Notes under the pieces: generated by a model
Databases searched by the model: none
The model's input: only the letters and a program-made list of their open reading frames with translations
What the model was told of the DNA's origin: nothing
DNA from: a virus
Taxonomy: Duplodnaviria > Caudoviricetes
Length of the DNA: 49,434 bases
Reading direction: 5' to 3' (one strand)
Virus record (IMG/VR): IMGVR_UViG_3300031836_000014
Location: 1 to 49,434 of that record
Program-made: the position numbers and the translations under genes
Shown here: positions 17,138 through 25,381 of the stretch, one piece after another
How the letters are laid out: every line of letters starts with the position of its first letter
Position numbering within the stretch: the first letter of the stretch is position 1

Positions 17138-17619
17138 GCTGCCAACCCCACTAAGTTCGCCATTTGCTCGATTTGTTCCGGCGTCATGCCGGTCCAGTAG
17201 TTGTCGATAACGTGCTGACAGAACTGGCCATAAATCGCGTGAAACTCGCCATCGTCCATATCCGCAAAGTTCAGGCTGAGCGGCATCCGTATCGTGGCCA
17301 GGCCAACGCCCGGAACCTGGACGCCCATTTCCTCGCAGCCAATGTTGCCCTCCCATTGCAGCCGCTTGAGGACGCCGTGGGGCTCCATGTTCTGGAAGCC
17401 CTCGATGTTTTCCACCAGCATCTGCCCGAGCTTGTGAGCCCGGCGCCAGTTGTGCAGGCTGCGGGGCTTCTTGGGGTCAGCGGCAAGAACATCCCCGACA
17501 CGAAAACCCCGCTTGCGCAGGGTCTGCCGAGAAATGTCATCGTTTGGGGCCAGCGTTCCTTCGGGCGTTACCCGGAACATCACGGCGCGGCTGGTCTTTT
17601 TGCGGGCTGGCTTGCTCAT
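17134..17619 (-). CDS. Nin-region conserved protein (DUF1367/NinB-like)
   Basis: KPRS...R.AH.L, P.SLNFADMDDGEF..IY pattern. Confidence 0.6.
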   Translation of the reverse strand: MSKPARKKTSRAVMFRVTPEGTLAPNDDISRQTLRKRGFRVGDVLAADPKKPRSLHNWRRAHKLGQMLVENIEGFQNMEPHGVLKRLQWEGNIGCEEMGVQVPGVGLATIRMPLSLNFADMDDGEFHAIYGQFCQHVIDNYWTGMTPEQIEQMANLVGLAA

Positions 17620-17741
17620 CGCAGCATCCCCGTTACGCCGACTACCACGCCCATGAGTGCAAAGTAAAGCGGGTCAGTTACTCCGGCGGACTCCATTGCC
17701 ATCCCAGCCACGGCGAATAAAACCGCTGATAGGACTATCAT
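17616..17741 (-). CDS. Small membrane protein (41 aa)
   Basis: MIVLSAVLFAVAGMAM...LYFALMGVVVGVTGMLR; ATGA overlaps. Confidence 0.5.
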   Translation of the reverse strand: MIVLSAVLFAVAGMAMESAGVTDPLYFALMGVVVGVTGMLR

Positions 17742-18313
17742 TTCTCCACCCTGATCCATCCGCGATTCATGATGCTGATTGCGATAGCTCTTGCCGTGTC
17801 GCCCGGCATGTATATATCTAGCGCATCCATATCATCGAGCAGTGCGCGGGCCAGGTCGTCACGGTTCCGCTGCTCTTTTGTGAGGAGTGGCCGAAAGTTG
17901 CAATGCTCCATCCGGCGAACAATGTCTTCCCCGTTCCGCGTGGAAAACCAGACCTTCATAGTCTCGGCCTTGAAATAGCCTTTGATGAGCACTGGCTCGT
18001 AATCGCGTGAACCGCCGTCAGGGTCTTCCAGCCAAACCGCATCACACTTATCTCCAACAGCTGGCACAAGCCCCTCCCATTCCGGTGCGGCTGGCTGTGC
18101 GTCTTCAGGGCTGGAATTTGGGCGCTCAAAGAGCATTCCGGTGTCCATAAATGTAACGATCGGCTTTGGCCCCTGGCGCAACACCACCCACTGGTCTGAA
18201 TCGAAGGGCTTCACGAAGGCGCCGTAATACTCGCTGTAATGCGTGGCATCTTCTGACGCCCATACGCCCCACCATTGCGGGTCTTTCAATTGCGCTGCTG
18301 TTGGTTTGTTCAT
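17738..18313 (-). CDS. Hypothetical protein
   Basis: 191 aa; ATHY and W.G.VP.VG..C modules common in phage early proteins. Confidence 0.7.
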   Translation of the reverse strand: MNKPTAAQLKDPQWWGVWASEDATHYSEYYGAFVKPFDSDQWVVLRQGPKPIVTFMDTGMLFERPNSSPEDAQPAAPEWEGLVPAVGDKCDAVWLEDPDGGSRDYEPVLIKGYFKAETMKVWFSTRNGEDIVRRMEHCNFRPLLTKEQRNRDDLARALLDDMDALDIYMPGDTARAIAISIMNRGWIRVEK

Positions 18314-18531
18314 GCCGCACTCTCCGGGCCATTGGGCTCAGTCGAATAGCCATTTCGCTCATAAAGCCCGCGGCGCTCTACAACAAAACCGTCATGCATC
18401 AGGCTGTGCAGGGCGCTGCGAATATCTTTCGGGTGCTCGCCAAGCTCTATCGCAACCGAGGCGCACGTTACGGGCCTGCCTGCAATGGTTACTGAGCGAA
18501 GAACTCGGCGATTTAGAATCTCGTTTGTCAT
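18310..18531 (-). CDS. Small winged-helix DNA-binding protein
   Basis: GGAGG RBS; VTCASVAIELGEHPKDIRSALHSLMHDGFVVERRGLY wHTH pattern. Confidence 0.55.
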   Translation of the reverse strand: MTNEILNRRVLRSVTIAGRPVTCASVAIELGEHPKDIRSALHSLMHDGFVVERRGLYERNGYSTEPNGPESAA

Positions 18532-18566
18532 TGTGTCGCCTCCGGGATAGGTCGTTTTTTGCTGAG

Positions 18567-18875
18567 TCACGCTTCGCCCTCCGCATACAGCTCGGGGCAA
18601 TGCTTGCGCATGGATTTGTCGATAGATTCTTGTTTCACCAGCTCTACAAACAGGTTGCACGAATGCTGTAGGCCGCGATCGACTACAGCCACGCGGTCGG
18701 AATGCGATACGTGCGGTATTGACGCAATATCAATGGTTATGCTTTCGGCACCGTCGATGGCATCAGCCACCCCTCTGAGCGCCCATGCAAATCGCGACCG
18801 AAGCCCCATAGCACGCTCTTTTGCGGCGGCGCGATCCATTGCTAAAAACTTAAACCAGTAGCTGCATCTACTCAC
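18567..18875 (-). CDS. Hypothetical protein
   Basis: GTGA-coupled start within track ORF 18567..18929. Confidence 0.55.
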   Translation of the reverse strand: MSRCSYWFKFLAMDRAAAKERAMGLRSRFAWALRGVADAIDGAESITIDIASIPHVSHSDRVAVVDRGLQHSCNLFVELVKQESIDKSMRKHCPELYAEGEA

Positions 18876-19060
18876 TTTGAGCTCCCCACGGTAAAAGGCA
18901 GATCCGTGCGCCGGGCCGGCTGATGCCACACTTCCCGGATTGCCGGGTCTTGGGTCATCGGCTCCAGCGTCAATTCGCGATCACATTTGTGCATTTCCAG
19001 CTCATCCAAGTGGATGCCGTGCTGAGGGTGTGTGCCGCGCTGGCAGTGTGGGCAGGTCAT
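18872..19060 (-). CDS. Small Cys/His-rich hypothetical protein
   Basis: MTCPHCQ...H.CD; ATGA-coupled to the methyltransferase. Confidence 0.5.
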   Translation of the reverse strand: MTCPHCQRGTHPQHGIHLDELEMHKCDRELTLEPMTQDPAIREVWHQPARRTDLPFTVGSSK

Positions 19061-19743
19061 GCGACTTGCTCCCCAAAAATATCCATCTGTTTGGTGGCTT
19101 CGTTGAATCGCTTGGTGGCGGCCTTGTAATAATCCCCGTCAAGCTCAATCCCAACGAAGTCATGGCCGGCGTAATGGGCTGCAATGGCGCTTGACCCGCT
19201 GCCGAGGTGGGTGTCTAGGATTCGGTCGCCGGGCTTGGCGTAGTTGCTTAGCAGCCACTCGTAGAGCTTGACCGGCTTTTGCGTTGGATGAATTCGTTTC
19301 TCGTTAAGCTTTTTATCCCCATGAGACCCTTGAATCATTCCATTCCACCGGTACCGGAAAACTCTAACCGCCTTTTTGAACGAGCTAAACGCAAGCTCGG
19401 CATCCGCGAACGAGCTAGATCCATTTTCTTTGTCCCAGACAATCCAGCCCGGACCGTTTGATGGGAATCTGTCAGAAAAGTGGTTGGCTCCCCATATAAT
19501 TTGGTTTCTTGAAACCCTAAAAAGCTCCATGAAGTATTCCGATTCCGGGACTTCCCAGTGTTTTAATTCGCCGTAAACTCCAGCCGGTACCCGAGTGCTA
19601 GAAAACTCCCCATTTCGATAAAACCCAGGCTTATTTGGACCTTCAAAATAAGGCGGATCAACAATTGCCAATTCAAAAGCGTTATCTGGCAGGCTGCGCA
19701 TGTAGCCCATGCAGTCAAGATTTATCAATTCAATTTTAGGCAT
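19057..19743 (-). CDS. Orphan DNA methyltransferase (N6-adenine/N4-cytosine, beta class)
   Basis: DPPY catalytic motif, IIWGANHF, IVWDK, HPTQKP, DTHLGSGS SAM-binding motif. Confidence 0.92.
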   Translation of the reverse strand: MPKIELINLDCMGYMRSLPDNAFELAIVDPPYFEGPNKPGFYRNGEFSSTRVPAGVYGELKHWEVPESEYFMELFRVSRNQIIWGANHFSDRFPSNGPGWIVWDKENGSSSFADAELAFSSFKKAVRVFRYRWNGMIQGSHGDKKLNEKRIHPTQKPVKLYEWLLSNYAKPGDRILDTHLGSGSSAIAAHYAGHDFVGIELDGDYYKAATKRFNEATKQMDIFGEQVA

Positions 19744-20203
19744 TTGAGTGAACCTTGTAATGGCATGCTTTGCAAAGAGTCAGCCCATTATTAATGTCAA
19801 AACGAGAATCAGGGTGATCCGCAAAGCTTTTTATATGATGAGCATGCAAGTAAACGTTCTTTCCATTTCCGCACCGTTCTTCGCAGTGCTGGCATTGGTA
19901 GCTGTCTCGCTCAAAGACAGACTTTCGCCATTCTCGCATTGCTTTACTGTTTCTTATTCTAATTCTTTCTGGTGTAACGCCACCTTTCCATGTTGGAGAT
20001 TTTTCACCAACGCGGGTTTTGCAAAAATTTTTAAATTCTTCGCTTTTTGGCACGCCTTTTTGCCATTCTTGATAGCAACGTTTAGAGCAAAATTTGTTTT
20101 GCCCTTTTTTAATTTGGCTCGGCTTTCTCCAAAAACTGGTTCCGCACTGAATGCAGTCAAAGTAATTCCCCTTGCATAGATAATGCCAGCCATTTTTTTG
20201 CAT
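19736..20203 (-). CDS. HNH endonuclease (AT-rich insertion)
   Basis: CxxC...FCSKRC, WKGG, WRKSVFERD.Y.CQHC, HAHHIK...RFDINNG.TLC..CH..VH. Confidence 0.88.
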   Translation of the reverse strand: MQKNGWHYLCKGNYFDCIQCGTSFWRKPSQIKKGQNKFCSKRCYQEWQKGVPKSEEFKNFCKTRVGEKSPTWKGGVTPERIRIRNSKAMREWRKSVFERDSYQCQHCEERCGNGKNVYLHAHHIKSFADHPDSRFDINNGLTLCKACHYKVHSNA

Positions 20204-20244
20204 AAACCATCCCCTACTTGAGTCGATGGCTTAATTATATCACA

Positions 20245-20283
20245 GAATTCCATGCAATCGCCGTGGATTAAGTTAACCCTCAT
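20245..20283 (-). pseudogene. Orphaned original 5' end of the methyltransferase
   Basis: ATGA-coupled MRVNLIHGDCMEF parallels the methyltransferase start MPKIELINLDCMGY; separated from the gene body by the HNH. Confidence 0.65.
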
Positions 20284-20594
20284 AGCTCCACCCCCATGCG
20301 CTCAAGTTCGGCCCGAACCTGGCTTGGCGTGAATCCGTGCCGGTAAGCGGAAATGGCCAAGGCGTTGCGGCGCTGGATCGTCAGCAATCTGTGGTGCTCG
20401 GCCTTCAGCGCTAGAATCCTGCCTCTGTCTTCGTCGGTGGCAAGGCGTGTTGGTAGGCCCAGCAGCACGCGCTCAACGACTGAACGGCCCACCTCGCACT
20501 TTTTGGCAATCTTGGCGTTGCTGCTGATGTACTTCATTTCGTTGCGAGCCTCGCGACCCTGGATAACTTCTTCAGCGGCTTGGCGTAGGCTCAT
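20280..20594 (-). CDS. Hypothetical HTH-like protein
   Basis: ATGA-coupled start MSLRQAAEE; SNAKIAKKCEVGRSVVERV HTH-like segment. Confidence 0.6.
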   Translation of the reverse strand: MSLRQAAEEVIQGREARNEMKYISSNAKIAKKCEVGRSVVERVLLGLPTRLATDEDRGRILALKAEHHRLLTIQRRNALAISAYRHGFTPSQVRAELERMGVEL

Positions 20595-21421
20595 TTGGCA
20601 CCCCCGATCCGGTAGGATTTCCAATCAAACTCAAGGGCTTTCCCTCCAGATTCACGCAAACGATCAACAACTCGTTCGCCCACACAGGCGGGCAGGTCTA
20701 CGGCTTGCAGATTGGTGATTAGGATCGTGGGCTTTTCGGCCAGGTAGCGGGCGTTGATAGCCTCGTAAGCAACGGCCTGCTCGAAATCGGTGAAGTTCTG
20801 CATACCCACTTCGTCCAGCACCACAAGAAGCGATGCTTTAAAGTTTCCGTAAACGGTGCTCTCGCTGTACGTGGCACCCTTTGAGAATGACCCCTTAACT
20901 TCCCTCACCAATTCGGAAAACGTCCAGTAGTGACAGCCACGGCCAGTCCTACGGATGGTTTCAGCCAATACAGCGCAAGCCAGGTGCGTTTTTCCGTTGC
21001 CAACCTTGCCGAGCAGGATCAAAGACCGCCCGCCGTGGTCATCGCTGCACACCAGGTCGAGGTATTCGCGCATACGCTTGGTGTGACTTTCAGCCTTGTG
21101 ATTAACTGGCTCGAAATTCTCCAGCGTTTTGTTCATGAACCGCTGTGGAATGCCAGAGTTCTGCACCATGCGCTCAATGCGGTCGCGGAACATATCGGCC
21201 TGGCGCTGCTGCTCTTCGGCTTTCTGGCGATCCTTCTCACGCTGATCTGCGCAAGCCGGGCAACCCCTCCAGCCCTCTGAAACTTTGCCCAGCCCGGAAT
21301 GGTGGATATTCACGAAATCGCCGTGGTTCTCGCACTTTCCGCCATCTCGCTTGTCGATTCCCAAGAGGCGATCCATTTTCTCGGAGCTCATTGCAAGAAC
21401 ATCAGAAATTAGCTGCGTCAT
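20591..21421 (-). CDS. DnaC/IstB-like helicase loader (AAA+ ATPase)
   Basis: Zn motif (C.NHG, CPAC), GIP.RF, Walker A GKVGNGKT, Walker B LVVLDEVG, PTILITNL, RVVDRLRE. Confidence 0.92.
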   Translation of the reverse strand: MTQLISDVLAMSSEKMDRLLGIDKRDGGKCENHGDFVNIHHSGLGKVSEGWRGCPACADQREKDRQKAEEQQRQADMFRDRIERMVQNSGIPQRFMNKTLENFEPVNHKAESHTKRMREYLDLVCSDDHGGRSLILLGKVGNGKTHLACAVLAETIRRTGRGCHYWTFSELVREVKGSFSKGATYSESTVYGNFKASLLVVLDEVGMQNFTDFEQAVAYEAINARYLAEKPTILITNLQAVDLPACVGERVVDRLRESGGKALEFDWKSYRIGGAK

Positions 21422-22295
21422 CGGACACCCCTTTAATCAAACCTGCACTGTAATCACGATCTTCAAAGCCTGTGTGGCGGCTCTTAATCGGGTGGATTTC
21501 TGCGGTTGGCTTCTGGCGACTCATCCATCCGTTGAGGTATTTCGGCATTCCGCGTAGCGTTTTTTGCTTTGACGGGTTGGCAATAAGCCAGAGCCTGGAT
21601 ATCTTTAGCTGGTGCCGAACATCAATCCTTGGGTAAGCAGAACGAAGCTCTGCAACGAAAGACTCGTCAGGGGTGTAAATTTCTCCTCGCCTCGTCGGAA
21701 ACTCTATGACTGAAGTTTTGGCCTCGCTTGCTGGCGATTCGCCGATAGGCGCTGAGCCCTCATCACTTTTACTGTCATCAGGTATCAGGGATAAGGAATC
21801 AGGTATCAGGGATAAGGAATCAGGTATCAGGGATAAGGAATCAGCAGGATCAGTTCCGTTCTCGGACGGTACTTGTTCCGTTTTAGTCTCGATCTTTCCT
21901 GATTCGCCTGTATCTGATTGATTAACAGGATCTTTTTCTGTTGATGCTTTGGCTAACTTTGACTCATCAAACGCCGGAATATCACTGCCGCGTGTGATTT
22001 CGTTCTTGTGCGGATTCTGGTGTTTTTTGAAGTTGCAGATGTGCAGGTAACGAGAACCGTTCTCGTCATACCTTTTAACGAACCCGGACCGTTCCAGTTC
22101 CGACACAAGACCGGCAATATCAACATCGTCATAAGGAAGGGTTTGCACTTTCAGCTTTGCCGGCTTGTATTCAAGATTCCCGTTAAAGTCGGCCAGCATC
22201 CACGCGTAAATAAAGACCAGCCTGGCAAACGGATCTGTTGCAGCAAGCTCATCATTGTCGATGATTCCCGGTTTGATATTTCTTGCTCTGGCCAT
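21402..22295 (-). CDS. Replication initiator (lambda O-like)
   Basis: Start MARARNIKPG at 22295 (TAATG); AD..G.LE..P.KLK...LPYD, NFKKHQNPH.NE; internal iterons; upstream of the DnaC-like gene. Confidence 0.88.
   Translation of the reverse strand: MARARNIKPGIIDNDELAATDPFARLVFIYAWMLADFNGNLEYKPAKLKVQTLPYDDVDIAGLVSELERSGFVKRYDENGSRYLHICNFKKHQNPHKNEITRGSDIPAFDESKLAKASTEKDPVNQSDTGESGKIETKTEQVPSENGTDPADSLSLIPDSLSLIPDSLSLIPDDSKSDEGSAPIGESPASEAKTSVIEFPTRRGEIYTPDESFVAELRSAYPRIDVRHQLKISRLWLIANPSKQKTLRGMPKYLNGWMSRQKPTAEIHPIKSRHTGFEDRDYSAGLIKGVSDDAANF
21777..21844. repeat. 21-bp tandem repeat x3 plus a partial unit, probable origin iterons
   Basis: ATCAGGTATCAGGGATAAGGA three times then ATCAG, encoding (DSLSLIP)3 inside the initiator gene. 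Confidence 0.85.
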
Positions 22296-23020
22296 TACGA
22301 AAACTCCTGCTGCAGGTTGTGTACCGCCCATTGGCCAGCAAGCCAGTGGATGCCCTTGGCAGTAAACTTGGCGGCGTTAAAGGTATGTTCGTTGTCAGCG
22401 ACACCGGTTTTGACTTCAAAGCGGCCAGCCTCGATGTGATTGCCGTAGGGCATCCATTCCCCTGCCAGTCTGTACATGATCTTTTCGTCGGCCAAAAACT
22501 GGCGAAGATCGCGCTCATTGGCCCTGAAAAGCTTGGCAACCTGGCGGAATCCTTTGCTGCCGGAATCGGTGGTCACGTAGCGGTCTACAAATTCGACGGC
22601 GGGCTTGGCTTGCTCTATGGCCTTCTGCTGCTGCTCGATCTGTTCGGCTTGGTCAGCGGCAAGGCGTAGGGCGCTGGATAGGGTTGTTGGTATTTGTGGT
22701 AGGTCGGTGCCTTCCAGCTCTGTCATCCGGTCAAACACTTTTGCCTGAAGGTCGTAGCTGTAGCTCATAGCCATAAGGCAGGCTTCCCGTTTTGGGAAGT
22801 TGTAAATATTTCGGGTGTGCGTTACGCCTCCAGCAACGTAGGTTCCGGTTCCCAAAAATTCGGGAGCCGTTAAGCCCAAGACCCTTGGCACTTTCGTCAT
22901 AAAATGGTCGTGTCTGAGTGGCGACTGCCGCCCTGGATATTCAGAGTTAATGAAATCAACCAGATCAATGCTGCTCATTGTCGGAAACTTGGATTTGATA
23001 CTTGGTATAACTTGAGACAT
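22295..23020 (-). CDS. Antirepressor (Rha-like N-terminus, KilAC C-terminus)
   Basis: TMSS.DL, LRHDHFM.KV, FPKREACLMAMSYSY.LQA.VFD, ALRLAAD, KPAVEFVDRY, FT.KG..WL. Confidence 0.88.
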   Translation of the reverse strand: MSQVIPSIKSKFPTMSSIDLVDFINSEYPGRQSPLRHDHFMTKVPRVLGLTAPEFLGTGTYVAGGVTHTRNIYNFPKREACLMAMSYSYDLQAKVFDRMTELEGTDLPQIPTTLSSALRLAADQAEQIEQQQKAIEQAKPAVEFVDRYVTTDSGSKGFRQVAKLFRANERDLRQFLADEKIMYRLAGEWMPYGNHIEAGRFEVKTGVADNEHTFNAAKFTAKGIHWLAGQWAVHNLQQEFS

Positions 23021-23091
23021 ACTCTTCTCCGTCTTCTGATTAACCGCCGAGGTGCTACACACACCGCTTGAGGCGGTTTTTTGGTTTTAGG

Positions 23092-23337
23092 CTAAAAGAA
23101 CCCAGGCTTCGCAATTGAGCGTGTCAGCGCCATAAATCCCTTTTGCAGATCCGTCACGCCGATAGATAGCCAGCGTGGATCGGGTTGCTCATCGGAAGTT
23201 GTTGCGAACTCTGCCTTTCTCAGTGAGTCGCACAGCTCGCCCACTTCGGCAGCCTTCTCTTTAATCCTGTTCATCAAGTCGATTTCGGCCTGAGATAAAT
23301 CCCGATAGCCTTTGATTTTCTTGTGTTGGTTATCCAT
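23092..23337 (-). CDS. acb2: Anti-CBASS cyclic-oligonucleotide sponge Acb2
   Basis: MDNQHKKIKGYRDLSQ.EID.MNR.K and RWL.IG.TD.Q.G.MA..R.IA.P..F match the Acb2 signature as remembered. Confidence 0.88.
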   Translation of the reverse strand: MDNQHKKIKGYRDLSQAEIDLMNRIKEKAAEVGELCDSLRKAEFATTSDEQPDPRWLSIGVTDLQKGFMALTRSIAKPGFF

Positions 23338-23399
23338 GCTTCCTCCAGTTAGTTGTCAGGCCAGTTTCCAACATGCCCAGGTCGTACTGCTGATGCTTC

Positions 23400-23474
23400 C
23401 GCATATGTGAAGGACTCACGCGGGATTAACCCGTCACACGCTTCCGGCTTGCGTGGGAGCCCTTCACATATGCG
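23400..23474 (-). other. Long stem-loop / structured RNA element upstream of acb2
   Basis: 14-bp perfect inverted repeat CGCATATGTGAAGG / CCTTCACATATGCG enclosing further CACGC/GCGTG and CGGG/CCCG pairings. Confidence 0.6.
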
Positions 23475-23475
23475 C

Positions 23476-24018
23476 TCAAGATCCGTGCCTTGCGCTAAAG
23501 CCAAGACTTGCTTCTGCTGACTTTCTTGAGCAAGCAGCACTGAATAAATCCTCAAAACACCCCAAAAAGAATCGGGCCCCGCCTTTGTTGATTGATGCGT
23601 GCCATCTATTTTTTCTTCTCCTGACGCCGCATATGCCTGACGTGTTGTTTTTGTACCTCCCAAGGTTTAGGGAATTGGTTGCTGGGGTGGCTGCTACGAG
23701 ATTTTCTAGCCGATTGTTTGTGCCATCCCCATCTATGTGGTCAATGTGCTTCTCGGGCCACTCTCCATATGCAATGACCCACACAACTCTGTGAGATCTA
23801 AAATTGGTTCCGTTTATGGACACCGTCACATAATTTATTCTCCCTCCCCGGGTAGACCATTTATTGCCTGCCTCGCGGCCCGCGTATTTCTTGTTCCATG
23901 CAGCGCAACTTCCGGAAGTTTTAAAGTGCTCTCGCGGACGCTCCTGCCAAAAAAGATGACCGCACGACTCGCTATACCTTAAGCACTCGCGGACGTAGTT
24001 GATGCTTACTGCTTTCAT
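23476..24018 (-). CDS. HNH endonuclease (HNH_3 plus AP2-like domain)
   Basis: Start MKAVS at 24018 (GGAGG); HRVVW...GEWP...IDHIDGDGTNNR.ENL, NNTSG..GV, W.A.I......LG.F. Confidence 0.88.
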   Translation of the reverse strand: MKAVSINYVRECLRYSESCGHLFWQERPREHFKTSGSCAAWNKKYAGREAGNKWSTRGGRINYVTVSINGTNFRSHRVVWVIAYGEWPEKHIDHIDGDGTNNRLENLVAATPATNSLNLGRYKNNTSGICGVRRRKNRWHASINKGGARFFLGCFEDLFSAACSRKSAEASLGFSARHGS

Positions 24019-24072
24019 GCAAACCTCCAAATTAGACGCCGACTCGTAACGTGAGTCAGTCGTACCGCGCCA

Positions 24073-24309
24073 TCAGGCCACCTGCTTGCTTTCTCGGATG
24101 ATTGCTGATTTCAGCCAGTCCGCACTAAATGCGCCATTAGCAGCGTCTGCCAGCTGTTCTGCGTAGTTGGTTTCGCCCGTGTAATCGGTGCGTGGCAGCA
24201 TTCCCCGGTCAATCCACTTGTAGACAGCGCGAACAGAAACTCCGCAAGCCTTTGCCGCTGCTGGAATTTTGCCGGGTATCTTGTCGATTGATTTCTTTAA
24301 AACGGACAT
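24073..24309 (-). CDS. cro: Cro-like repressor
   Basis: AAAKACGVSVRAVYKWI..G.LPRT.YTGET.YA HTH; divergent from cI. Confidence 0.85.
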   Translation of the reverse strand: MSVLKKSIDKIPGKIPAAAKACGVSVRAVYKWIDRGMLPRTDYTGETNYAEQLADAANGAFSADWLKSAIIRESKQVA

Positions 24310-24325
24310 TTAGGGAATCTCATGA

Positions 24326-24398
24326 TGAACTTGCAGTACATCTTAAAACATGAACTGACTTTTCCGCAAGTACTATTGCACAATGAACAGATAGTTCA
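24326..24398. promoter_or_regulatory. OR-like operator region (TGAAC-N5-GTTCA sites)
   Basis: TGAAC-TTGCA-GTACA (24326-40), degenerate TGAAC-TGACT-TTTCC (24351-65), TGAAC-AGATA-GTTCA (24384-98). Confidence 0.75.
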
Positions 24399-25077
24399 CG
24401 ACAACGAAAAAGACAGACTTATAAAGTTTGCTGCCCGGCTTGAGATGGCGTTACTCTCTGCAGGCATAAAGAAACACGGCTCAGGCGTCTTTCTATCGAA
24501 GCTGACCGGAGTCACACCAAGGGCTGCCAGTAAGTGGTCGAATGCCGAGTCGTTCCCGCGAAAAGCTCATATAGAGGTATTGTCTGACAGGCTAGGTGTT
24601 AGGCCTGAATGGCTTGAATACGGCATAGGGCCGATGACGCCAGGTGGAAATGTCACGATTGATTCAAATGCACGATCGAGAAGAAGAGCGCCCGTAATAT
24701 CAGATGTTCAGGCGGGCTACTGGGGCGACTGCAACGATCCGCTACCGCCTGGGGTTGGTGATTCGTGGGAAGACGTGCCTAATGGCGCCGGACCGGATGT
24801 ATTTTGGTTGCGGGTTATTGGTGACAGCATGACGAGTTATGCTGGCCCCAGCGTTCCAGAGGGCTCGTTGATTCTGGTGAACCCAGATATAAGCCCAGAC
24901 AATGGCCGCCTGGTTGTTGCCAAGCTTACTGATAGCGAAGAAGTGACTTTTAAGCGACTGGTAATAGACGGTGGCCGGAAGTTCTTGAAAGCCCTTAATC
25001 CTGCGTATCCAGTGATTGAGATAAATTCGAACTGCCGCATTGTTGGCGTAGTCACCGAGTCTAAACAGAAGCTGTAA
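24391..25077 (+). CDS. cI: CI-like repressor, HTH plus S24 peptidase (start uncertain: ATA at 24391, in-frame ATGs at 24322, 24325 and 24445)
   Basis: HTH LSKLTGVTPRAASKW, VQAG autocleavage site, GDSM catalytic Ser, TFKRL catalytic Lys, LKALNP.YP. Confidence 0.9.
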   Translation: MVHDNEKDRLIKFAARLEMALLSAGIKKHGSGVFLSKLTGVTPRAASKWSNAESFPRKAHIEVLSDRLGVRPEWLEYGIGPMTPGGNVTIDSNARSRRRAPVISDVQAGYWGDCNDPLPPGVGDSWEDVPNGAGPDVFWLRVIGDSMTSYAGPSVPEGSLILVNPDISPDNGRLVVAKLTDSEEVTFKRLVIDGGRKFLKALNPAYPVIEINSNCRIVGVVTESKQKL

Positions 25078-25096
25078 CCCCCGCCCGATAACAACA

Positions 25097-25119
25097 GCCC
25101 GCCATTGAGCGGGTTTTTT
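25097..25119 (+). terminator. Terminator after cI
   Basis: CCCGC-CATTGA-GCGGG followed by TTTTTT. Confidence 0.75.
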
Positions 25120-25137
25120 ATGTCTGCACGAAAATAA

Positions 25138-25180
25138 TGTACTTTCGGTACTTGACCAACCTGAACTTATGGTTCAATAT
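25138..25180 (+). promoter_or_regulatory. PL-like promoter with OL operators
   Basis: TTGACC-17 bp-CAATAT (25152-25180); operators TGTAC-TTTCG-GTACT (25138-52) and TGAAC-TTATG-GTTCA (25162-76). Confidence 0.75.
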
Positions 25181-25213
25181 TCGCTCATCGAATAGCGAAA
25201 ACAGGACAGGCAA

Positions 25214-25381
25214 ATGACCACAACACAACGCACCATCCACACCGGCAGCCGGCGCCCAGTACGCGGCGCTACGGCCACCCCTATCCAGTCGGTCGAGCTG
25301 ACCGGTATCGACGCTAAATCAAATGCGCAGCGGCTGGCTGAGTACACAGCACGGCGCGACAACTTGAGGTTTGCAGCATGA
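25214..25381 (+). CDS. First early-left small protein (55 aa)
   Basis: AGGA RBS; MTTTQRTIHTGSRRPVRG...; ATGA-coupled to the next gene. Confidence 0.55.
   Translation: MTTTQRTIHTGSRRPVRGATATPIQSVELTGIDAKSNAQRLAEYTARRDNLRFAA

Noticed and set aside
19736-20283. Group I intron in the methyltransferase
   Set aside because: No room for a ribozyme core around the HNH ORF, and the downstream part has its own complete start.
21777-21844. CRISPR array
   Set aside because: Repeats are directly adjacent with no spacers and lie in frame inside a coding gene.
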